Positions 14,583 through 23,398 of a stretch of DNA of 37,168 bases are shown here, in pieces. Position 1 is the stretch's first letter. Every line of letters starts with the position of its first letter. Below the pieces are notes generated by a model. That model saw nothing but the letters and a program-made list of their open reading frames with translations. It had not been told where the DNA came from and did not search any database. The position numbers and the translations under genes are program-made. This stretch comes from a virus (Duplodnaviria; Caudoviricetes), in the IMG/VR virus record IMGVR_UViG_3300017988_000012, positions 1 to 37,168 of that record. One strand, 5' to 3'.

Positions 14583-16745
14583 ATGAGTATAACAACTACG
14601 TCGACCCTGCCGGCCCCTGTGCAGCAGTCGTTTTCGTTTAAGTTGCTCTCGGTTCCTGTGCCATACATGATCCACAAGATACCTGCAGAGCTAAAAGCAA
14701 TGCCACGCAATGGTGGTACGACCCTTGACTAAACTAGGGGTCATTAAATCTTCTCTGATAGACTTGAAAACCTTACCACGTTATGGTGAAGGCAACAAGG
14801 GGCAAGATATGGAAACAAACTGGGATTTATTGGAAAAAGATACAGATCTCTTGAATTATGCAATAATAAAAATGAGATCTGAGGGAATAGAACCAGAAAA
14901 ACTCAAAGATATTGTTGAATGGGTAAATTCCAAACCATATCCATATCCATATCAGCCTGAACGTAGCAAGCGAGAAGACTCCAGAAATGGAGATGCGGTG
15001 CTCTGAACATTGCAGAAATGCAGTGAGGAAAGTGCAATAGGCTTTCCCGCCTAGAAATAGGTAGTAACAAAATTGTAGAATGCGACGATACAATCCGCTC
15101 GCAACTGCGCCAGTGCCTCTTGGCAATAGTGGAGTGACACCTGCACCACAAAATCTGACCGCACTTAACATCGATGCCCAGATGGACTTCTACGGCACCT
15201 ATGTACTCTTGAATGAGCAGGTCACTTTACAAAATCAAGATCCTAGCTATATTATGGAGGCAGCTTGATAGATTTTGCTTTTCACGAATGAGACATTTAT
15301 GCTATAATAACTGGAGCACTAAACCAAAAGAAAACGCACAAGTTCTTTTAAATTTTTGCCAAAACTTTTCTCCTGTTAAACATAGACAAGCATCAGTTCC
15401 TAAAGAAGAACTTGACATTCGTGAAAATTTTTATCAAGAATTGATTCATTTAAATAAATATGGGATCTATAAATCTTCTCTGATTGACTTGGAAGCCCCA
15501 CGGGGTGACAGGGCCGAAGACGAAAGTCACGGTGAACGACTAAGTGAGAAGACCTCGAAAGAGGATGCGATAGTCTGAACAGCAGACGAAAGCTGCTGAG
15601 AGCGATCCGAAGAGGTTGCTCCGCCAACTATCTGGAATTTCCGGATAGTTGGTCACAAAAGTAACAGAATGGTATTAAACGAAGCTGCACAACGCTTAGG
15701 CGTGTCACTTCGTCAAACAGAAGATCAGCTGATGCGAGATATGCTTGCGTCTACTGCAACTTTTGTGAATTGTATTGGTGGATCTGATGGTGATAACCCA
15801 ACAGAAATCACCCGCAGTGACGTCGACTTTGTAGTCAGAACGCTGAGAGGAAACAATGCCTACAGCTATCTGTCAGGAGTCGAAGGAGAAAATCGTTTTG
15901 GAACAGCTCCAGTACGTGATGCGTTGACAAAATATGCGCATCTAAAATCTTGGGTAATTGACTTGGAACTCCTCGCGGCATAGGCTAAGGACAACAAGGG
16001 GCAAGCTATGGAATGGATAAATGTTTTTGATGCATTGCCAAAAATACATGAGGTAGTTTGGATATACTGGCGTGATCGAGAAGTCTTACTTGGTTGTAGG
16101 ATAAATGACGATTCAGAGCCACACGAAAACTGGTACTCATTTGATGATGACAAATGCAGATGGACATACTGGTGGCAAAAGGTTTCATCAGAAAATTTAG
16201 ATAAACCTTTTCCTCCATTAGGCAATACTTCCTCGCAGCCTGAACGACTAAATCCTGAGACTCCGAAAGGAGATGCGATAGTCTGAACTCTATGGCGACA
16301 TAGAGAGGGAGATCCGAAGAGGTTTCCCCGCCATCAAAAAAATGGTCTAAAGTAACAGAATGATTTTGGGTTAGCGCATACTAACTTAATTGGGCAACTC
16401 GACAATGTTAATGGGTTCATCCAGAAATGGAATTATCCCAATCAACAGTCCACGCTTGATGCAGAATGGGGAACTGTTGCCAACGTTAGATTCTTACTAT
16501 CTAGCATTGGCTCTGTAACGCCAAACGCATCATTGCTTGGAAATGATGTCTATAATTGTTTTGTCTGCGGCCGCGAATCTTTTGCAGCCATCGAACAAGA
16601 CGGCTATAGCGCACAATTTATTTATCGACCACCGATCTATGATGGGCCTCTGGCTCTTAATGCATCTGTGGGCTGGAAAATGGCAGAGGTGCCGCGTCTC
16701 CTCAATGACACATGGCTTCTAAATCTTAGAATGACATTGGCATAA
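14583..16745 (+). CDS. major capsid protein (N4 gp56-like), spliced: join(14583..14725,15076..15244,15672..15924,16363..16745), 315 aa
   Basis: 143+169+253+383=948 nt open frame: MSITTTSTLPAPVQQSF...PRNGGTTL|RMRRYNPL...QNQDP|VLNEAAQRLG...APVRDAY|FGLAHT...EWGTVANVRF...ASVGWK...LRMTLA. Confidence 0.9.
14726..15075 (+). mobile_element. group I intron 1 (350 nt)
   Basis: P1 GACCCUU/AGGGGUC with U14725.G14737; P3 TCTTCTC/GAGAAGA; P8 CTCC/GGAG; P9 GAAA loop; terminal G15075. Confidence 0.88.
14809..15006 (+). CDS. intron-1-encoded small ORF (65 aa), unknown function
   Basis: ATG after AAGGGGCAAGAT; METNWDLLEKDTDLLNYAIIKMRSEG...GDAVL*. Confidence 0.5.
   Translation: METNWDLLEKDTDLLNYAIIKMRSEGIEPEKLKDIVEWVNSKPYPYPYQPERSKREDSRNGDAVL
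15245..15671 (+). mobile_element. group I intron 2 (427 nt)
   Basis: Exon ends in U15244 (P1 imperfect); P3 TCTTCTC/GAGAAGA; P7 GACTA/TAGTC; P8 CCTC-GAAA-GAGG; terminal G15671. Confidence 0.88.
15285..15578 (+). pseudogene. probable LAGLIDADG homing endonuclease remnant in intron 2
   Basis: KENAQVLLNFC...IRENFYQELIHLNKYG resembles the C-terminal helices of phage LAGLIDADG proteins; no catalytic motif left; 5' boundary approximate. Confidence 0.45.
15925..16362 (+). mobile_element. group I intron 3 (438 nt)
   Basis: P1 GAUGCGU/GCGCAUC with U15924.G15936; P10 CAAAAU/AUUUUG; P3 TCTTGGG/CCTGAGA; P7 GACTA/TAGTC; terminal G16362. Confidence 0.92.
16008..16286 (+). CDS. intron-3-encoded DUF551-like protein (92 aa)
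   Basis: MEWINVFDALP...VWIY...TYW...PFPP follows the DUF551-type pattern. Confidence 0.6.
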   Translation: MEWINVFDALPKIHEVVWIYWRDREVLLGCRINDDSEPHENWYSFDDDKCRWTYWWQKVSSENLDKPFPPLGNTSSQPERLNPETPKGDAIV

Positions 16746-16757
16746 GGAGAAAAAAAT

Positions 16758-17732
16758 ATGTCTACACCTATGCATGCGTTAGTAAATGGTACTTTTTCAA
16801 CAGGGTCTACTTTGACACCTGTTACTATCAACCTTCCTTCAGGGTATGATTACTTCCAGTTCTGGAATATCACAGACTGGGGTTCTACGGACGCTGACAC
16901 AAGGATTATGGGAGCAGAAGGCTGGTCGTATATGCCTGCTGGATACGCTCTCACACATCCTAAGACAAGTGGAGCAGCCACATTAGGTCCTGCAGGAATT
17001 ATCACCAGCGGAGGATTTACCTTCATCAGTGATAGTGGCGCTCAAACTCCTGGTCCAATCATCACGAACATCACAGCAATCACAAATGCTGCTGGTGCAG
17101 TAGCATCGACGATTACGCCAGCTGCTGTTGGGTCAGTTGTTCGAATCACCAACAGTGTTGGAATGTATCAAATTGGTGGCTGGGATTTCACGATCACGGC
17201 TGTCAATCCTGCTACAAGCATGACGCTTGGATACTTGGATGCCTCTGGCTTTTCAGCTCCAGGCACCACAGCATCATTCAGTGTCATTCCGTACAACCCA
17301 CGGTACTATCCTGTTCGTCGAAGAATTACGAGCATCACACAAGCTGCTTCAGCTGTGATCACGATGTCCGTAACTCATGGATACACTGTTGGTCAAACTG
17401 TTCGGATTAGCGTCCCTGCAGGATGGGGGATGACTCAGATGAATGGCCTTCTAGCCAGCATCACAGCCATCAACACATCGACAAACTCGATCACTGTCAA
17501 TATTAATTCGACAGGATTCACAGCATTTGCATTCCCGACGAGTGCATCTGCTGCTCTTGGGACAGGTGCTCCAGAAGTAACCCCAGTTGGGGAAACTGCT
17601 GCAGCTCCATATCAAAATCTTCTAGACGATGCGACATACAATACATCGTTCACTGGGATTTCGATAGATCCTTCGATGTTGATCGCGAACAAATCTTATG
17701 GTTGGATTGCCCGAAACGGCGTATTCATCTAA
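16758..17732 (+). CDS. virion structural protein, beta-rich (capsid decoration-like, FCCH-like repeats)
   Basis: RBS TAAGGAG; ITSITQAASAVIT...HGYTVGQTVRI...GMTQMNG. Confidence 0.75.
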   Translation: MSTPMHALVNGTFSTGSTLTPVTINLPSGYDYFQFWNITDWGSTDADTRIMGAEGWSYMPAGYALTHPKTSGAATLGPAGIITSGGFTFISDSGAQTPGPIITNITAITNAAGAVASTITPAAVGSVVRITNSVGMYQIGGWDFTITAVNPATSMTLGYLDASGFSAPGTTASFSVIPYNPRYYPVRRRITSITQAASAVITMSVTHGYTVGQTVRISVPAGWGMTQMNGLLASITAINTSTNSITVNINSTGFTAFAFPTSASAALGTGAPEVTPVGETAAAPYQNLLDDATYNTSFTGISIDPSMLIANKSYGWIARNGVFI

Positions 17733-17746
17733 GTTTTGTGATTCTT

Positions 17747-17776
17747 GGGCCTCTCGTTCTGGGAGGCCCTGCTTTT
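17747..17776 (+). terminator. intrinsic terminator after the head operon
   Basis: GGGCCTCTC/GGGAGGCCC stem then TGCTTTT. Confidence 0.6.
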
Positions 17777-17902
17777 CCAGAGACAAAACCCTAAACCGTT
17801 GCCCTAAGAGACGTTTGCAACTATCAGTGTCAAATAAAATTTTACTTTAACAAATAATAAATATTTGAAATATTGCGCATGAAACCTAACTTAGGAGGGT
17901 TC

Positions 17903-18412
17903 ATGTCGCGACCAAAGAAAGTAGAAGAAAATAAAGAAGAACAAAAAGTTGAGAGTCAATCAACAGAATCAAAAAAGGAAGAGTTGATAATTGTTGCTCC
18001 TCCTGACACGAAACAAGTAGCGAAGGCAAAACTAAATAAGTTCATCGAAGAAGAGACAAAACTTGTCAAGGGAAGATTCAGAAACTACGAGACACCTGGA
18101 GGAGTTGTAAAGATTATCGTTAGAAAATACCCAGGAATCCCACCATTTGATAAAATAATGATTGATAACGAAATTTACGAGATTCCTCTATATGTGGCGC
18201 GACATCTTAACGGCGTGGATATCACCGCTGGCAACGGCAACACAAAAATTAATACCTGTGCTTGGCCAACTCATGGATTCAAATACGATGGTAAGGGAGA
18301 TTTGCCTAAGAGTGCAACAGATGGTCAGGGAATTGCAGTTCCTATCATTGGCGTTGCTAAATGGAATCGAAGATATGGTTTTGAATCTTTGGAATTTGAT
18401 ACAGGAATGTAA
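17903..18412 (+). CDS. hypothetical virion-associated protein
   Basis: ATG 17903 after AGGAGG. Confidence 0.8.
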   Translation: MSRPKKVEENKEEQKVESQSTESKKEELIIVAPPDTKQVAKAKLNKFIEEETKLVKGRFRNYETPGGVVKIIVRKYPGIPPFDKIMIDNEIYEIPLYVARHLNGVDITAGNGNTKINTCAWPTHGFKYDGKGDLPKSATDGQGIAVPIIGVAKWNRRYGFESLEFDTGM

Positions 18413-18418
18413 TTCTCT

Positions 18419-18835
18419 ATGACAGCCCCTAATTATTATGTACCTAGCCAACAAGTCATTCTCGAAATAGTCAAAGGGCTGTCTACGACCATTGTTACAG
18501 AAAATCCTCATGGTTTTCTCACAGGACAAACCGTGAGGATTGAGATTCCTACGATAACCTACAACAACACAGTGCAGAAGATCGCTGAGAATGTAGGGAT
18601 GCAGCAATTAAATGGATTTTTAGGAGAAATTACAGTCATTGATGATTACACATTTTCAGTTGCTGTAGATTCACGCCAATATGACGATTACATAGGCTTT
18701 CTCTCGCCTGTCTCTGCCACATCCATCGGCCAAGCCATTCCTGTCAGTGAACCAGCCGATACTCTTGATGGTGCTACTAAAAATAATAATAATATTCTTC
18801 CCGAGACGATCGGGACAATCCCTATTAACTCTTAG
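18419..18835 (+). CDS. FCCH-like beta-domain structural protein
   Basis: HGFLTGQTVRIEIP...GMQQLNG, paralogous to a domain of 16758..17732. Confidence 0.75.
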   Translation: MTAPNYYVPSQQVILEIVKGLSTTIVTENPHGFLTGQTVRIEIPTITYNNTVQKIAENVGMQQLNGFLGEITVIDDYTFSVAVDSRQYDDYIGFLSPVSATSIGQAIPVSEPADTLDGATKNNNNILPETIGTIPINS

Positions 18836-18841
18836 GCATGT

Positions 18842-19921
18842 ATGACTATCCCCAGTACCTTAGCAGATATTAGAAATAAAGTGAGGAGGATCACAGGACG
18901 TCCCTCTACCACTCAAATCACTGATCAGCAAATCGATGATTACATCAATACTTTCTATCTGAATGACATGCCAGAGCATCTTCGACTCGAATCCCTTCGA
19001 TACAACTATCAGTTCGTGACAAATGCAAATCAACCAGTTTATGATTTTCCCAGAGATTACTATCTAGACAATATGCCACCAGTATTCATTGGTGGATATC
19101 AATCCTACATGACTCAAAGCAGAGAAAACTTCTTCAGGATCAATCCACAACTGAATTTACTGCAGCAAATGGCAACTGGAAATGGAACTGCTGGGCCTTA
19201 TGTATTTACTCTAACTAATACGCCCATTACCCCAGGATTCAAAACAAATCCTCCTGGCGCCTACTCTGTTTCTGTCATCAATACTCCCTCCGATATTCCT
19301 CCAGCCCAAATCAACTGGAATGTCCTGATTTCAGGGGTGAATGGATCAAATCAATCAATTTGTCTAGTCGATGATGGACAAGGAAACTTATTCGACGTCA
19401 ATGATTTCTCCTCTGACCCTAATCCTGATCCAAGCAATGTTCCTCCATGGCGAGGAGCACTTGGGACGATCAATTATCTGACTGGAGCTGTCACGGCCAC
19501 TTTCTCGCAGCCAATTGCTGTCGGTGCCAATATAAATGCACAATACATCCCATATGTTGCCAGTCGCCCTCAGAGCTGTGTTTTTTATCAGGACCAGTTC
19601 TACCTCTACCCTATTCCCGATCAGGCCTACACGGTCAGTTTTGAGGCCTTTAAATACCCAACAGCGTTAATTAACGATTCTAGTGTTCCACAATTAAGAG
19701 AATGGTGGCAAGTTTTAGCCTATGGAGCTGCAGATAAAATCTTTGCAGATAATGGGGATATGGAAAATTTACAAAAGTTTCGACCATTATTAGAAGAACA
19801 ACTTAAATTAATACAAAGAAGAACTATTGTTCAATATACTTCAGAAAGATCTTCAACAATTTATACTGAACAAACTAGTTTTCCTCAGTACCCATTTGGA
19901 AACCTTTTCTCAGGATTTTAA
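18842..19921 (+). CDS. putative head-tail adaptor / tail tubular protein A
   Basis: TLADIRNKVRRIT...IDDYIN...LYPIPDQAY...VLAYGAA; gene position. Confidence 0.7.
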   Translation: MTIPSTLADIRNKVRRITGRPSTTQITDQQIDDYINTFYLNDMPEHLRLESLRYNYQFVTNANQPVYDFPRDYYLDNMPPVFIGGYQSYMTQSRENFFRINPQLNLLQQMATGNGTAGPYVFTLTNTPITPGFKTNPPGAYSVSVINTPSDIPPAQINWNVLISGVNGSNQSICLVDDGQGNLFDVNDFSSDPNPDPSNVPPWRGALGTINYLTGAVTATFSQPIAVGANINAQYIPYVASRPQSCVFYQDQFYLYPIPDQAYTVSFEAFKYPTALINDSSVPQLREWWQVLAYGAADKIFADNGDMENLQKFRPLLEEQLKLIQRRTIVQYTSERSSTIYTEQTSFPQYPFGNLFSGF

Positions 19922-19933
19922 AATAGGAAAAAT

Positions 19934-20530
19934 ATGTCATATAATCCTTCGATTCCACAGCCAGGGGATATTCCCTCGCAGTCACAGTCTCAATTCCTCA
20001 CCAACTTCACTCAGCTGAATACGCAATTTGGCACTGAGCATTTTGCTTTTAATGCAGCGTCCTCAAATGGGAAACATAAATATGTCACGCTGATTCAGAA
20101 TCCTACGATTGCGGCTCCTCTAGGCACAGAACTCCTTCTACGGCAAGTATCGGCTGCTAGTACCAATGATGTTGAATTTGTCGATGTCTCTGGAAATAGC
20201 TGGTATATCCCTCTCCGGCGTCTCTTCACTCCCATTGCCATTCCTGCTGGAACAAACAATGTCAATCTTTTAGATTTCTCGACAGCAGCATTAGGCGCGC
20301 AAATTTCGGGGACAATTCAGACTTTTGATCTTTCTACTCCTACCAGGCAGAATTTCACTCCCTTCGCATATTTTGGTGGAGTGCTGTATATCCCAGTAGG
20401 ATCAGGACAGTTAGCATCAGGCAATACCTTTGCAAAGCTTCAGTCCTCTGGCTCTGTCTTGCAATTGGTCGTCAATGGCCTAGGCGCTCCTACTACCATA
20501 ACCTTAATTATCACTGAGTCACGAACATGA
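19934..20530 (+). CDS. putative tail structural protein
   Basis: 198 aa, coupled to the next gene. Confidence 0.7.
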   Translation: MSYNPSIPQPGDIPSQSQSQFLTNFTQLNTQFGTEHFAFNAASSNGKHKYVTLIQNPTIAAPLGTELLLRQVSAASTNDVEFVDVSGNSWYIPLRRLFTPIAIPAGTNNVNLLDFSTAALGAQISGTIQTFDLSTPTRQNFTPFAYFGGVLYIPVGSGQLASGNTFAKLQSSGSVLQLVVNGLGAPTTITLIITESRT

Positions 20531-22875
20531 GCTATCAACCTCACTATATCGCTTCCTTTGAAGATGATAGCGGTTTGTTCACATATATGGAGCCTTTTCT
20601 CATCCCAGAAAAAGCATTTCCAATATTGGAAGATGCATATTGCTGGAGAGGAAGAGTGTTGAAGAGACAAGGATTTGAGCTTCTAGGACGATTACGTAGG
20701 ATATTGACGACAGCATCGATAGGAAACATTTCAGCGGGTGGAGCTTCTCCCCCAAATGTTGTGGTAAATATTTTTACAGCTTTGGGAATCAATGTCGACG
20801 AACCCCTTGCTCAACTTCAGCCTGGATCCGCGACTAATCCTCTCGTCATCACAATTGGCGCTCCAATAAGCCAAGTGCTAACTGATACTACTGGTACTGG
20901 AACATTGTCGATTGCCCCAGCAGGCGTGATCACAGCAGCTACGATCAATTACAATACAGGAGCGTTAACACTCACATTTTCAGCAGCCTCCGCAGCTTCA
21001 GCAGCCACGATTTCTGGCGCTTATTATCCTGGACTGCCAGTTATGGGATTGAGGACGAGAGAGCGGCCAGCAGTAAATAATGAAACAATCGTGGCTTTTG
21101 ATACTATCTACGCATATCAATATAATTCTACAACCCTTCAATTCGAAGAATTACCTTCTACTGCTCCAACTACTTGGAATGGAACTGATTCTGAATTTTT
21201 TTGGTCTACGAACTATTATTATGACTCTTCAGGGAATGAAATTTTCTGGGCAACCAATGACAACATGACAGGCGCGCCGCAGGACCCAATTCGATACTAC
21301 AATGGAACGACCTGGACAACCTTTGCTCCTCTTGTCACTGCTGGCGCTCCTACTAGCACTTTGTATAACGCGCTGATCATTCTTTCCTATAAAGATCGAT
21401 TGATCATGTTGAATACCTGGGAAGGCACAACCGCTGGAACGATCACAGCAGCTTCAAACTTCCCTCAGCGAGTCAGATGGAGTCAGAATGGCAGCCCACT
21501 TGATCCTACAGCATTCGAGAGCGATGTGGTAGGCAAAGGCGGATATCTAGACGCTCCCACAAACGAAATAATCGTATCGGCAGAATTTGTGAAAGACGTC
21601 CTGCTGGTGAAGTTCGAACGATCCTCATGGAAGCTTGTCTATACTGGAAATGAGACGCTTCCATTTGTATTCCAGAAGATCAACACAGAACTTGGAGCAG
21701 AGAGTACTTTTTCGCTTGTCCCATTTGACAGAGGAGTATTTGCTGTCGGAAATTTTGGCATCACCACTGATGACAGTGTGAATGTGGAGAGGATCGATCT
21801 GCAAATCCCTAACACGATCTTCGGGTTCAACAATGACAAACAGGGCGTGGATCGAGTATATGGGATAAGAGACTATTATAATGAATTAGTTTATTGGACT
21901 TATCCTGATTCACATGATGATCCATTATATCCAAACACAACATTAGTATTTAATTACAGAAACAATACTTACGCAACTTACACTGATAGTTTCACTTGTT
22001 TTGGATATTTCCAGAGAGCGCAAGACTTGAGCTGGGCGCAACTTCCATACAACAGCTGGACAGATTGGAATACTCCATGGAATTCTGGGGTTGACCAAAG
22101 CCTTTTCCCGAATGTTATCGCTGGCAATCAGCAGGGATTCGTGGAAATTGTAGCACAGAAATCCTTAAATGACGCTTCTCTCTTCATTTCGTCGATCAAC
22201 TTTTCTCTAACTCCAGTTCAATTCACCGTGCCGAATCATAACTTAGAGAGCGGGGATATAGTAAAAGTAACGAACATTATTGGAGGAGGAGGATTAAATC
22301 CTTCTTCCTTAAACAATAACACTTATAAAGTAAATGTTGTTAATGAAAACACAATTCAATTGTTTTATTTTAATTCTGTAGATCAAACATTCGATGACTT
22401 ATTGGCTGCAGGCCTCGTGAATTCCACGAGTCTGTACTTCGGTGCTGGCCTCTTGGCTAAGTTCAATAATTTTAACATTGCTACAAAAATTTTCGCTCCT
22501 TTCTATGAAAATGGAACGCAATGCAGAGTGGGATATATAGATTATTTGATCGACAAAACGACAGCTGGACAATTAACAGGAGAGTTCTACATCAACGAAG
22601 ACAACTCAGATTCGATGAGCGATGAAAATGTGAATGTGTGCCTTCTTGGCAACAATACTATCCTCACCTATCCCGAATCCTTGACTCTCATTCCACAGCA
22701 GGCAAATCAGAAGAAGATTTGGCATAGGCAATTTATCCAAGCTATCGCCCAAAACTTTCAGGTCGTCCTAACGATGAACGATGTTCAAAATGCCACGCAG
22801 GCAATCGCTGATGAAGAGTTTGTCCTTCATGCTATGACTTTTTACCTTTCTCCGAATGCTAGGATGACGCAATGA
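20527..22875 (+). CDS. putative tail nozzle / stabilization protein (P22 gp10 / tubular B-like)
   Basis: 782 aa beta-rich; YKDRLIML, RVRWSQNGSP, ERID...I, ELVYWTYP. Confidence 0.7.
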   Translation: MSYQPHYIASFEDDSGLFTYMEPFLIPEKAFPILEDAYCWRGRVLKRQGFELLGRLRRILTTASIGNISAGGASPPNVVVNIFTALGINVDEPLAQLQPGSATNPLVITIGAPISQVLTDTTGTGTLSIAPAGVITAATINYNTGALTLTFSAASAASAATISGAYYPGLPVMGLRTRERPAVNNETIVAFDTIYAYQYNSTTLQFEELPSTAPTTWNGTDSEFFWSTNYYYDSSGNEIFWATNDNMTGAPQDPIRYYNGTTWTTFAPLVTAGAPTSTLYNALIILSYKDRLIMLNTWEGTTAGTITAASNFPQRVRWSQNGSPLDPTAFESDVVGKGGYLDAPTNEIIVSAEFVKDVLLVKFERSSWKLVYTGNETLPFVFQKINTELGAESTFSLVPFDRGVFAVGNFGITTDDSVNVERIDLQIPNTIFGFNNDKQGVDRVYGIRDYYNELVYWTYPDSHDDPLYPNTTLVFNYRNNTYATYTDSFTCFGYFQRAQDLSWAQLPYNSWTDWNTPWNSGVDQSLFPNVIAGNQQGFVEIVAQKSLNDASLFISSINFSLTPVQFTVPNHNLESGDIVKVTNIIGGGGLNPSSLNNNTYKVNVVNENTIQLFYFNSVDQTFDDLLAAGLVNSTSLYFGAGLLAKFNNFNIATKIFAPFYENGTQCRVGYIDYLIDKTTAGQLTGEFYINEDNSDSMSDENVNVCLLGNNTILTYPESLTLIPQQANQKKIWHRQFIQAIAQNFQVVLTMNDVQNATQAIADEEFVLHAMTFYLSPNARMTQ

Positions 22876-23354
22876 CCTTTAACCCTTCTAATACCAAAAC
22901 TTCTTATCTCTCTACTGCTGAAGTTTTCCCAGAAGATCCAAGCCAATTTCTCATCAAGCTCACAAATCTCTACATCGATATTGCCAACGCTGTCAATATT
23001 CGAGAAATAGCTCGATACGAGAACATAGAGATCTTAACCGGCCAGCAGTATTTCACGCAAGGGAACAATCAGACAAAGAGATATGTGTTCAGAACGGTAT
23101 TTAGCTTCGGCGCGATTGTGGCAGGGGCAACGTTGACGGTGGCGCATGGCATCACAGGCCTTGTTCTTCCTGTGCATATTTATGGCGTTGCTACAACTTC
23201 TGTTCCAGACTGGCGCCCGATTCCCAGCGCTCCTACCTCAGGAAATGACTACATCTTCGTCAGCGTTGATCCAACGAACTACAATATCAAGAATGGGGCT
23301 GGCTCACCGAATATCACTGGCGGAACGCTTGTCATAGAATATTTAAAAAATTAG
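22872..23354 (+). CDS. putative tail protein
   Basis: ATGA coupling; VAHGI...HIYG...VIEYLKN. Confidence 0.7.
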   Translation: MTFNPSNTKTSYLSTAEVFPEDPSQFLIKLTNLYIDIANAVNIREIARYENIEILTGQQYFTQGNNQTKRYVFRTVFSFGAIVAGATLTVAHGITGLVLPVHIYGVATTSVPDWRPIPSAPTSGNDYIFVSVDPTNYNIKNGAGSPNITGGTLVIEYLKN

Positions 23355-23398
23355 TTGTCTTCTGTTAAGATACAGAAAAGTAACAATAGGAAAATAAA

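Noticed and set aside
14726-16362. Three similar repeats read as CRISPR, group II introns or IS elements
   Set aside because: No regular repeat-spacer period, no GUGYG/AY ends or domain V, no terminal inverted repeats or transposase
14710-16745. ORF-track fragments 15080..15268, 15669..15983, 16533..16745 as separate genes or a capsid pseudogene
   Set aside because: They join exactly in frame at U|...G| boundaries flanking conserved ribozyme cores, so they are exons
4543-17845. Palindromic operator GTCAA-N7-TT(G/T)A(C/T) at 4543 and 17829
   Set aside because: Only two good copies in AT-rich DNA, and it overlaps -35-like hexamers; needs motif statistics
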